Of a stretch of 64,000 bases of DNA, positions 52,021 to 61,444 are shown piece by piece. Within the stretch, counting starts at the first letter, position 1. Each line of letters starts with the position of its first letter. This DNA is from Microcoleus sp. GTDB taxonomy: Bacteria > Cyanobacteriota > Cyanobacteriia > Cyanobacteriales > Microcoleaceae. Location: assembly GCA_052279835.1 (NCBI GenBank), contig CP181291.1, forward strand, positions 2,560,001 through 2,624,000. The letters are read 5' to 3'. The notes below the pieces were generated by a model that saw nothing but the letters and a program-made list of their open reading frames with translations, made no database searches and had not been told where the DNA came from. The translations under genes and the position numbers were made by a program.

Positions 52021-53424
52021 TCAATTGTTTTTTGGTTTAGTGAGGCACCAAGTGATGCTGGTTGCGAAAAGGGCGATCGCAAAACTCAAGGCAAAGGAAA
52101 ATATAAAGGGATGCCACTGCATTAACACTGGGATTTGATAGTTTTGAACTGTCTGTAATACTTTGTCTGTGCCGCTGGATGCTGCGATGCCTCCGGCTGC
52201 TAAACCGACGCCGATCGCCTGTACTGTGCTTTGCAGGCGATCGTCCCGATTTTTCTCTCCTAGTTCGCTCTTGCGGAGTTCGATTTGATTGGTGCGATCG
52301 CTCCTGGCTTGTTCTATTTCTACTATGCCGCGTATTGAGGCGATCGCCTGGTCGATTAAGTTTGTCCCGTGGCGGAAATATCCTAGGTCGCCGGCTATTT
52401 GCGATCGCATATAAAGAGCACTTTTTCTACTGAAGTTATTTAATATTGATAGTTCTTCCTTATCGATCTCTAGTATATCACAAATTGTTTGCAAAATGTC
52501 AATGTAATTGTTAAGATTTAGGACGATTGTATTGTCATAATCTTCGAGTTTCCGCAGTAGGCGAGTATAAGTTACGGCTTTGCTGAAGAGTTGCTTTAGC
52601 TGTTCCTGAAATTCCTGCAATTGGGCGGCAGTTAAGACGGTTCCTCTGGAAAATTGAGCCTGCAATATCTCCATATTTTTCTCAATAATGCGGTATTCGC
52701 GATCGAGTTCGTGGTAAATCAGGCGGCTGTCTTGAAAAGCTTTGATGACTTTGTGGCGGTGAAATAGTAGGTCGAGTATTTCTTGCTGGCAAGTGCTAAA
52801 ATCTTTGTCTGTTTGTTCGTCGGAAAGCAGCCAGACAAGCAGGTGGCGGTAATTGGCGGTATCGCTAATTGCACCGTATTCAAAAATCGGACTACCGAAC
52901 AGTTTACTCGATCGATAAAATACAGGTGGCGAGTCGCCTTGGAATAAAGCATCGCGACATTTATCGGCGAGGGGTTTGAGGGAATCTAGGTTATCCGGTG
53001 AGTTTTCGGGAAGCCATGCGGTAATTAGGAGAGTTTGACCTAAAAAGTTGTCATCGCCGTTGATGAGTAAGGCTTGATTTGGGTTGAATTGCTGGATCAA
53101 ATCGACATCTACATTATCAGCAGTGCCGTCTTCCGGGCAACCTATATTTAAGCATAAAGCATAGCTGTCTTGAATTTCCAGCGGTTGGGCAAAACCTTCT
53201 ATGGGTGGATTGCTGTTGAATTCCAGTAAGACATTTGGCAATAAATCCTCGCGGTAGCTGCGGAAATCTTGGGGGAACACTAGATTGGGCGTTACCGTTT
53301 CGTCGGTGAAGTTGGCGAGGATTTTGTCGCAGTGTTTCCACAGAGGATTATTGCTGCCCTTACTGTCATTTTGCAGTTGGAAAGCGTATAAATAGACATT
53401 GGGGGCAGAAATTTTGTCACTCAT
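52021..53424 (-). CDS. Hypothetical protein with coiled coil and two C-terminal TM helices
   Basis: 467-aa ORF. Confidence 0.7.
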   Translation of the reverse strand: MSDKISAPNVYLYAFQLQNDSKGSNNPLWKHCDKILANFTDETVTPNLVFPQDFRSYREDLLPNVLLEFNSNPPIEGFAQPLEIQDSYALCLNIGCPEDGTADNVDVDLIQQFNPNQALLINGDDNFLGQTLLITAWLPENSPDNLDSLKPLADKCRDALFQGDSPPVFYRSSKLFGSPIFEYGAISDTANYRHLLVWLLSDEQTDKDFSTCQQEILDLLFHRHKVIKAFQDSRLIYHELDREYRIIEKNMEILQAQFSRGTVLTAAQLQEFQEQLKQLFSKAVTYTRLLRKLEDYDNTIVLNLNNYIDILQTICDILEIDKEELSILNNFSRKSALYMRSQIAGDLGYFRHGTNLIDQAIASIRGIVEIEQARSDRTNQIELRKSELGEKNRDDRLQSTVQAIGVGLAAGGIAASSGTDKVLQTVQNYQIPVLMQWHPFIFSFALSFAIALFATSITWCLTKPKNN

Positions 53425-53440
53425 GTTATTGGGGCGGTGG

Positions 53441-53758
53441 CTAGGAATTTGGAAGGCGTTTTCTGAGGTTTTCGGGTAACTCTGGATAGCGGTTTGCTAG
53501 TTTTGGTTCTTGTCCTTCTTTTTTGGTGGCTTCTGGTTTTAGTTTTCTGTCAAATTTATTGATTTCATCTGTTATTTTAGGATAGTTTTCACACCAACTG
53601 CCAATGGCATCAGCTACTTCTTTGTTCGATTTGTCAGCCATCTGGGATATGATGTTGCTGAGATTTGCTAAATCGTCAACCGCCCCGGCTTGTTCAAAGA
53701 CTTCGGGTTTAGTTTCAAAGACTGCTAGGAAACCAGAAATAAATTCTTCATCTGTCAT
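53441..53758 (-). CDS. Hypothetical protein
   Basis: 105 aa with AGGAG RBS. Confidence 0.7.
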   Translation of the reverse strand: MTDEEFISGFLAVFETKPEVFEQAGAVDDLANLSNIISQMADKSNKEVADAIGSWCENYPKITDEINKFDRKLKPEATKKEGQEPKLANRYPELPENLRKRLPNS

Positions 53759-53782
53759 TGCTAATTTCTCCTTTGATTATAC

Positions 53783-54134
53783 TAAGGTCAAAGAAACCGG
53801 GTTTCTCTGATAAATCTCAATTGGAACAGAAAATCTCGGAAGAAACCCGGTTTCTGATACCAACACTTATTAAGGTCAAAGAAACCGGGTTTCTCTGATA
53901 AATCTCAATTGGAACAGAAAATCTCGGAAGAAACCCGGTTTCTGATACCAACACTTATTAAGGTCAAAGAAACCGGGTTTCTCTGATAAATCTCAATTGG
54001 AACAGAAAATCTCGGAAGAAACCCGGTTTCTGATACCAACGCTTATTAAGGTCAAAGAAACCGGGTTTCTCTGATAAATCTCAATTGGAACAGAAAATCT
54101 GGGAAGAAACCCGGTTTCTGATACCAACCCTTAT
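53783..54134. repeat. Four tandem 88-bp units, each with the GAAACCGGGTTTC / GAAACCCGGTTTC palindrome pair
   Basis: Units start at 53783, 53871, 53959 and 54047. Confidence 0.93.
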
Positions 54135-54649
54135 TGTCCAACCGCACAGAAAGCCGCCCAGTATACGGGAGACTCATAAGGTTGATAATCCTGTTTGTAA
54201 CCGCGACTGTATCTGTCTTGAATTTTCTGTTTGTGTTCGCGACTCAGCAACTGCGACGCTTCTACCCATTCTAGCAAACCTTTGACAGTCACACTCCGCA
54301 GCCACAACTGAGACTCCCGCAAAGCAATTGCTACAGGCGGGCGAGTTTCCCCACGGAAAAGTTCGTAGAATTTGATGGTTAAAATCGCTGTAGATACATC
54401 ATTCACCGCCCACAATGTGCTGAGAATACTCGTCGCCCCGGCATAGAAAAAACCGCTAGGCAATCCGATATATTCATCTGTGGTATTCTTGATATCGGTC
54501 AACCCAGTTTCGCAGGCAGAAAGGGCTACTAAACGGCACTTACTTAACTCCAAATCAAAGATTTCTGTCAGAGTCAAACATTCTACGATGTCGTAGTTTT
54601 CGCCTCGGCGGGAACGAATATAACGGTTTTCATCGGAGGGAACCCCAGG

Positions 54650-54800
54650 CTGGGCGGGCACGGGGGCACCGCCCCTACCAAGGGGGGGAGTTTCATTCTC
54701 AGACAAATCATCGTTTTGTAGGGGTAGTGCCCCCGTGCCTACCCTCCCCTCAGACAAATCATCGTTTTGTAGGGGTAGTGCCCCCGTGCCTACCCTCTTC
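54650..54800. repeat. REP-like GTAGGGG..GCCCCCGTGCC repeats (51-bp duplication plus inverted copy) at the CHAT breakpoint
   Basis: Direct copies at 54698 and 54749. Confidence 0.75.
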
Positions 54801-55589
54801 ATCAACTGGGTGTGTATCTCACGCCGCCTGGGAAAAGTTCGAGAAGACATCCAGTTTCTAGGGTTTTGTCGGCTTTTTGTCGGCTGCTGGTGAGGGCGTG
54901 TAGGGGGAATAGGTGCAAGTATCGGAAGGGAACTAAGATTAGTTTTTGGCAGTTTTCGGGGAGGCGAGAAATTATTTCGTCGATGTGCAGAATCTGGGCT
55001 AATTTTTCCAGGCGGCTGTCTAGTTGGTTTTTCCAGTTGTCGTATTTTTTCTCGTCTTTGATGTCATCGAGATATTCCTGTTGTAACTCTTGTAATGCTT
55101 GCAAGTCTTGGGAGGAAGATTGCCAGATATCCGGTTGAGGAGAGTCGCGGGTGACAATGAAAACTTTAAAGCCGTTGTAGGTAATGTACCATTCTAAAAT
55201 TGCTTCATTTTCAGCTAACAGGCTGCGAATTTCTGCAAAACTAATCCGCTGTACTTGGCTGGGGAGGCTGCGGGCTTTGTGAAACAATTCTACTAGGTTT
55301 CTGGTTTTGCTGCGTTCGATGTATTCTAGGGCGGCAGTGGAGTTTTCCATTTGTAGGCAAACTTCTACCATTGACTGATAAAGTTTATTCCATTCTTCAG
55401 CTAATTTCTGTTTGTCTGCTTCGCCACCGATAATGATTTCACTCCGCATTAATTCGACTGTCTCAATGGCAGAGTTAAAGGTATTGTAGGTTTCTGGGAG
55501 TTGGGCATTTTTCTGGTAGGCAATTCCGAGACTATATAAGGTTGTAGTATGTTCTATCGGAAATGATTCGCGGGTGAAAATTGTTAAAG

Positions 55590-56340
55590 CTGCCTCAAAA
55601 GCTGCGATCGCCAATTCGAGATTCTTAGCTTTTTCCCCTCTGATTCTGTAGAGGTACGCACTCGCCAAATTATTTTGACACGCTGCCCATTCAAAGGGAA
55701 ATGCGTCGCGAGTCGAAACTTCCAAGGATGCCTCACAAGCTGCGATCGCCAATTCCAGATTCTCGGCTTTTTCCCCTTTGATTCTGTAGTGGTATGCATT
55801 CGCCAAATTATTTTGACACGTTGCCCATTCAAAGGGAAATGCGTCGCGAGTCCAAACTTCCAAGGATGCCTCAAAAGCTGCGATCGCCAATTCCCGATTC
55901 TCGGCTTTTTCCCCTCTGATTCTGTAGAGGTACGCAGTCGCCAAATTATTTTGACTCCTTGCCCATTCAAAGGGAAATGCGTCGGGGGTGTAAACTTCTA
56001 AGGATGCCTCATAAGCTGCGATCGCCAATTCCAGATTCTCGGCTTTTTCCCCTCTGATTCTGTCGAGGTACGCAGTCGCCAAATTATTTTGACACGTTGC
56101 CCAGTCTTCGGGAAATGCGTCGCGGGTGCGAATTTCCAAGGATGCCTCACAAGCTGCGATCGCCAATTCCAGATTCTCGGCTTTTTCCCCTCTGATTCTG
56201 TAGAGGTACGCAGTCGCCAAATTATTTTGACTCCTTGCCCAGTCTTCGGGAAATGCGTCGGGGGTGTAAACTTCTAAGGATGCCTCATAAGCTGCGATCG
56301 CCAATTCCAGATTCTCGGCTTTTTCCCCTCTGATTCTGTT
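55590..56340 (-). repeat. Intragenic 120-bp TPR repeats (~6 units)
   Basis: IRGEKAENLELAIAA..DAFP..WA..QNNLA repeated. Confidence 0.9.
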
Positions 56341-56942
56341 TTTGTAATCACTTCCCAGACTGTTTTGAAACCTAGCCCACTTTTCTGGATACGTTTCGCG
56401 GGTGACAACAGTTAATCCTATCTCCAGACAAGCAATACCAACCTCCAAATTACTTGCCCGACTACCTTGACGCAAATTATAAAAAGTTAAATCTAAACCG
56501 TATAAAATATTAGCACGATTGTATGCTTGTTCTGCATCCAAAGTTGCCAGAGTTTCAGTTGCCCACTCTCGCAAATATTGAGCAAAACCATCATCTATTA
56601 ATTCTAGGTTAGCTTGCAGAATCTCGATTTCTTCCTCGCTGGGACAGGTGAGGAGAGATTCAATCAGATTGAGATAAGCTTGGCGGCGTGCTTCGTTCAT
56701 TGCTTACAACCCATGTTTTTAGAATTTTACATTCTTTGTCGGGAAAAAACAAGGGGGAAATCCGACTTGCTGAATCGTCTGGAGTCGTTGGAGTGTGCGT
56801 CATAAGCTGCTACGCCACTATGTCGTATAATATAGATACAAGATAAGTAAGCGATCGCAATAATGAATCTATATCGATCGAGAGTTTATTGTGGCAGAAA
56901 TGGATGGTTTATAAAGATTTGGAGTGTTTAATTGAGCGGGTG

Positions 56943-57269
56943 TCATACGAAAATTCCCTCTCTACGAATATTTCTGAGCAAAGGGCCTTGATAATTAGTA
57001 AACCGTTCCTCATTCATAAACAAGCAGCTAATTACTACGTCATTATAGAGAGATAAATCTGCTACAATTGGGATAGTTCGATCGATTTCTTCACCGACTT
57101 GGACTGGTGCTTTGAGAACGACCAAAACATCAATATCTGAGTCGGGATCTGCGTCGCCCCGCGCTTGGGAACCGTAGAGTACCATTTGGGTGAGCCGATC
57201 GCCATAAAGTTGCTCGAAGTGCGATCGTAATTCAGCTAAAATGGTCTTGAGTTTATCGTTGATTTTCAT
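56943..57269 (-). CDS. Minimal nucleotidyltransferase (MNT) antitoxin-like
   Basis: YGSQARGD..SDIDVLVV. Confidence 0.88.
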   Translation of the reverse strand: MKINDKLKTILAELRSHFEQLYGDRLTQMVLYGSQARGDADPDSDIDVLVVLKAPVQVGEEIDRTIPIVADLSLYNDVVISCLFMNEERFTNYQGPLLRNIRREGIFV

Positions 57270-57371
57270 ATTGGCGATGGATGTTTGGAGGGCGATCGAA
57301 CTTATTTATTTAAGGTGGTGGGAAAATGATACTTTGGCGAGATTTCTGGATAAATTCTAATTGTTCGGGTT

Positions 57372-57698
57372 TCATAAAGCTATTCCCTCTTTACGAATGT
57401 TCCTCAATAAAGGCCCGTTGTAGTGCGCGAACCGATTTTCATCCATAAACAAACAGCTAATCACTTCATCATTTTGGAGAGACAAGTCGGCCCGGATATG
57501 GCTGATTCTTTTGATTTCTTCGCCGGGATTGACTTGCCCTTTGAGAACCACCAAAACATCAATATCTGAGTCGGGATCGGCGTCGCCCCGCGCTTGGGAA
57601 CCGTAGAGTACCATTTGGGTGAGCCGATCGCCATACAGGAGCTCGAAGTGCGATCTTAGTTCAGCTAGAATGGTCTTGAGTTTATCGTTGATTTTCAT
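57372..57698 (-). CDS. Minimal nucleotidyltransferase (MNT) antitoxin-like, paralog
   Basis: Same motif; N-half nearly identical to the neighbour. Confidence 0.88.
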   Translation of the reverse strand: MKINDKLKTILAELRSHFELLYGDRLTQMVLYGSQARGDADPDSDIDVLVVLKGQVNPGEEIKRISHIRADLSLQNDEVISCLFMDENRFAHYNGPLLRNIRKEGIAL

Positions 57699-57844
57699 AT
57701 TGGTGATGGATATTTGGAGTGCGATCGAACTTTGAAATTTCATCGCTGAAAGCTGCGACAAGTTCAGGACTAGAAAGTGCGATCGCGCTTTCGTGCCATT
57801 CATGGATTACAATATTATTGTAATTCTTACCAGGATCTGCTGAA

Positions 57845-58444
57845 TCAAGGTAAAAGATTGTTGACCTCGATCGCCCCTATTTCAACTCCTGCAACTATTA
57901 CCGGTACAAAAGCAGATCGTCCGTAATTTAACCTTTGACTGTAATCTGGCTGTTCGACATCAACAAGCGGTTGAGAGTACACTTCAACCTGCGACTCCGC
58001 AAGATTCACAATCCAATAAAAGGGAATTCCAGCACGGGCATAAATCCGTTTTTTGATAGTTCGATCGCGCTGCAACGTGCTGTCCGATATTTCAACAATC
58101 ATCGCAATATCTTCAGGGCCCGGATGGCGATCGGGATATTGTCGCCTATCCCCTCGGATAACTGCTATATCGGGTTCAGGTTCACTATTTTGCAGAGTTA
58201 TCGGTTCTTGAGAATCGACATACCAACCGGGCGGTAAAATATTCTCTAAAGCTGTTCTGGTAAGACCAGTTGCTAATCGATGGGGGGGATTTTTTGCCAT
58301 TTTGAAAACAAGCAATCCTTCCAGTAGTTCTACTGGGTCGTCATCCGTTAAAATTCCTGCTTGAATCATAGCGTGATACTGTTCGATGCTCAAGCGCAAA
58401 ATCAGATCGTTTGGGAGTGCTGCGATACTTTCAACAGGTGGCAT
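57845..58444 (-). CDS. Uma2 (DUF820) family putative endonuclease
   Basis: VELLEG, EPEPD, VEISDST and YARAGIPFYWIVNL motifs. Confidence 0.92.
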   Translation of the reverse strand: MPPVESIAALPNDLILRLSIEQYHAMIQAGILTDDDPVELLEGLLVFKMAKNPPHRLATGLTRTALENILPPGWYVDSQEPITLQNSEPEPDIAVIRGDRRQYPDRHPGPEDIAMIVEISDSTLQRDRTIKKRIYARAGIPFYWIVNLAESQVEVYSQPLVDVEQPDYSQRLNYGRSAFVPVIVAGVEIGAIEVNNLLP

Positions 58445-58613
58445 AAAATTCTGCGGGAGTTGATTTTTTTTAGTCTTGACTTCGATCTTAATCTAATTTC
58501 CGATCGATCGCCAAATGTCAAACAAACAACAAATCAAAGATATAGAGGAGACAGCAGCGATAGTTGGTGTCAACTTAAGCTGTCAGCCCGCCAAGTCTGT
58601 TGGTCATCCCGCG

Positions 58614-58764
58614 AGTCCGACAGGGGTTAAAACCCCTGTCTCATAGCTAAAGTCAGTTGAAACTGACTGAAGATTTGCCTAAAACCAATACCTATCAACT
58701 AATTCTTCAGTCCTCTTTGAGAGGACTTGCGCTATGAGACAGGGGTTTCAACCCCTGTCGGACT
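58614..58764. repeat. Palindromic MITE/REP-like element
   Basis: Ends AGTCCGACAGGGGTT / AACCCCTGTCGGACT with nested inverted repeats. Confidence 0.75.
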
Positions 58765-58802
58765 AAATGACTACTAACTAATGACTAATGATTGATGACT
58801 AA

Positions 58803-59918
58803 TTACATATCTGTCATCAACCTTGCTTTACGCAAAATAAAGGTCAGCACGGTTTCTTCCCCGGTAATAATGTCAGCCCTACCTTCCATTCCCGATTGAA
58901 TCGCATATTGACGCGGCACATTTGCTTGGGAACTTCCAAACAAGTTACCGCTAGCAGATTCAATTCTGGTTAAATAAGTTTGTTCTGGCTTAATCGAAAC
59001 TTCGTAATAAGAACCACCTAAATTATTATTGGAATTTTGAGCGGCGATCGCATCTGGGGCAATTTCGCTGACAGTGCCTTTCAATGTGCCGTAGTCGGGG
59101 AAGGGAAGGGCGGAAATTCTCATTTGTACAGGTTGGCCAATTTGGATGCGGGCGATGTCTTGGGATGTTACTTTGGCTTTGATTACCAGGGGTACGTCGC
59201 TGGGGACGATTTGGGCGATCGCACTTCCGGCTTGCACAGTTTGACCAGGATGTTGTAACTCTACTTTGAGAATTGTACCGTCTGCTGGGGATCTGACAAC
59301 GCTATATTTGAGTTTTAATTCAACTTGATTTAGTTCTTTTTGAGCTTGAATCAATTGCTGTTGAATTGACGAGCGTTTCACCAGCAAAACCCGCCGACTT
59401 CTGCCTAATCGTTCAGCTACATCGGGCAGGGATGTTGCTAATTTTACCAGAGCTGATTCCACTAATTTATCTGCTGCGGAACTTTCATTTTGGATACTCT
59501 GAAATTGGGCGCTAGCTAAAATTTGATTCTCCAATTCCCGCAATTGGCGATTGATTTCATCGGCTGCTGTCTGAGACTGAGTGACAGTTTCTTGGAATTG
59601 CTTTTTTTGACTATCTAAACGGGATGCGTCCACAACGGCGATCGCATCTCCTTGTTTCACCACCTGATTTTCAGTAACCGCAATGCTTTCGACAGTGCCC
59701 TCTGTTGTCGCTTGTACAACGCGCACTTCTCCGGCGGGGCGGACGATCGCATCTGCTTTAACTGTAGCACTGTATTTGGTGACGCTAGCAAGGGCGATCG
59801 CACCTCCAAATGTAGCCACCATCAAAATTCCCCCCCAACTTGTCCAGCGGCTGACAGGGGGCAAAAATTGGTCGTTCTCAAAGGTTTCAACGGATGGGGA
59901 TTCGGGAAGAGGAGACAT
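58803..59918 (-). CDS. HlyD-family type I secretion membrane fusion protein
   Basis: N-terminal TM, RSPADG, PFPDYGTLKG and GMEGRADII motifs. Confidence 0.9.
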   Translation of the reverse strand: MSPLPESPSVETFENDQFLPPVSRWTSWGGILMVATFGGAIALASVTKYSATVKADAIVRPAGEVRVVQATTEGTVESIAVTENQVVKQGDAIAVVDASRLDSQKKQFQETVTQSQTAADEINRQLRELENQILASAQFQSIQNESSAADKLVESALVKLATSLPDVAERLGRSRRVLLVKRSSIQQQLIQAQKELNQVELKLKYSVVRSPADGTILKVELQHPGQTVQAGSAIAQIVPSDVPLVIKAKVTSQDIARIQIGQPVQMRISALPFPDYGTLKGTVSEIAPDAIAAQNSNNNLGGSYYEVSIKPEQTYLTRIESASGNLFGSSQANVPRQYAIQSGMEGRADIITGEETVLTFILRKARLMTDM

Positions 59919-60380
59919 GGCGACAACAGGGTAAGAAGAGGGAAGATGGAAGATGGAAGATCGAAGATGGAATATGGAAGAAATTTAGGCGATCGCCTAA
60001 TTAGCCCTAACGATTTCAGCAATTAATCATGTCCTAACCACGGTTCGGGTTGCTCTAAAAATTCCACATGGTGGCTAACTCGAAAAATCCTTATTTCTTT
60101 GAGCGCATTTATTTTGAAATTTCCGGATCGCCCGGATACATTTAGAAGTCTCAATCAAAATTCGTAGGCTACAGCCAAAAATCCGCACAGATTCCCTGAA
60201 TGAGCATCCCAACTTGGCTTCCAGATCGAGACTGGTAAAAAAACCGGGTTCTATTTTGAGTACACGTAAGTATTGAATATCTCACCGAATCTTTGACTTG
60301 AGATCGCTCTCTCTGAGACAGAGGGACGAAAAAGTCTTGACTGCAAATTTTTTATTAATTACATTCCCAAGGAGTTCCTC

Positions 60381-60608
60381 ATGTTGGAAAATCAACAACA
60401 CTCACTATTTACTGAACTAACAGATGCCGAATCAGCTACTGTCAGCGGTGGCAATATGAGCAGCGGTGTCAGCGATCTTGACAGCAATAGCGATGCCAGC
60501 AATAGCAATGCTGATGATATCAATAGCTTCTTTTTTGTACCAGATGTCAGTCAACTTTATATGTACGATCCGAGTCGCCAGCGTCCGTATAAAACCATCG
60601 TGGTTTAG
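60381..60608 (+). CDS. Double-glycine leader peptide precursor 1 (acidic, Ser/Asn-rich core)
   Basis: LFTELTDAESATVSGG leader; AAGGAG RBS. Confidence 0.8.
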   Translation: MLENQQHSLFTELTDAESATVSGGNMSSGVSDLDSNSDASNSNADDINSFFFVPDVSQLYMYDPSRQRPYKTIVV

Positions 60609-60764
60609 AAAAATAAGTCTAGGGGCTTAGTTGGGAAAATTTATCCGTAATATTCCGGAGATCCATCGGCTTTTAAGAAACATAGATCAGTATTTAAACG
60701 AAGCTAGAAAGTTTATCAAGTTTCTAGCTTGTGTCCAATTTGAGCGCATAAAACGGAGTCTATC

Positions 60765-60974
60765 ATGAAAGAAACTAAAGACACCTCACTAGAGGGCTCA
60801 CTGTTTACTGACATCACCCCAGAAGCATCTGCCAGTGTCAACGGGGCTCATCGTTATCGTTATGTCAGCCGTCGTAGCAACTGCGATAACTACAGCTACA
60901 ATCCCTACTTCGATGGTCGCCCAGTTCATGGCTACGTACACAATGTGTCCTATCGTCGCTACTACGACTGGTAA
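60765..60974 (+). CDS. Double-glycine-type (GA) peptide precursor 2 (Tyr/Arg-rich core)
   Basis: LFTDITPEASASVNGA leader; GGAG RBS. Confidence 0.8.
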   Translation: MKETKDTSLEGSLFTDITPEASASVNGAHRYRYVSRRSNCDNYSYNPYFDGRPVHGYVHNVSYRRYYDW

Positions 60975-61098
60975 CTGACTGTGAGAACTTCAGAAATTTT
61001 GGTGTAAAAATTCAGAAATTCCAATTTAAACGATGCTCTAGAATTTAGCTGAAATTTCTAATTATTGTCCAATTTTATCAGCTTAAAAGGAGTTTATC

Positions 61099-61257
61099 AT
61101 GCAAGGAACTAAAGAGAGCTCACTGTTTACTGAAATCACTGCTGAAGAATCTGCTAGTGTCAACGGTGGTTACTATGGCTGTTACCGTCCCCGTCGTCAC
61201 ATTGTATACCGCCGTAATCGTAACGGTACTTTCAGAGCGGTAGTTCGCTACTGGTAA
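61099..61257 (+). CDS. Double-glycine peptide precursor 3 (52 aa, cationic core), absent from the ORF track
   Basis: MQGTKESSLFTEITAEESASVNGG-YYGCYRPRRHIVYRRNRNGTFRAVVRYW; AAGGAG RBS. Confidence 0.82.
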   Translation: MQGTKESSLFTEITAEESASVNGGYYGCYRPRRHIVYRRNRNGTFRAVVRYW

Positions 61258-61444
61258 ATTTGAGGTCGGTTAATTCAGCTTTATAACTGTGAATCGAGGA
61301 AGTACCCATAACATTATGGGTGCTTTTTTCTGATTGACTATCCGGCGATGTGTAATCTATTTTAGGCTCTGGTGATGACAATAAATTGTCAATATATATT
61401 GTTGTTTTTCCAGAGAATATCATCTCCGAAAAAGTTAATACTTT

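Larger units (their letters stand above)
54131..56700 (-). pseudogene. TPR + CHAT domain protein, disrupted in the CHAT domain
   Basis: TPR ORF stops at YTPS* (54802); C-terminal LSACETG..SPVYWAAF lies in another ORF; central CHAT part replaced by repeat DNA. Confidence 0.8.

Noticed and set aside
53783..54134. CRISPR-like appearance of the 88-bp repeats
   Set aside because: Units are essentially identical with no unique spacers
60122..60659. TCCGGA hexamers upstream of the peptide precursors as DIF1 promoters
   Set aside because: A lone 6-mer without TSS data is expected by chance
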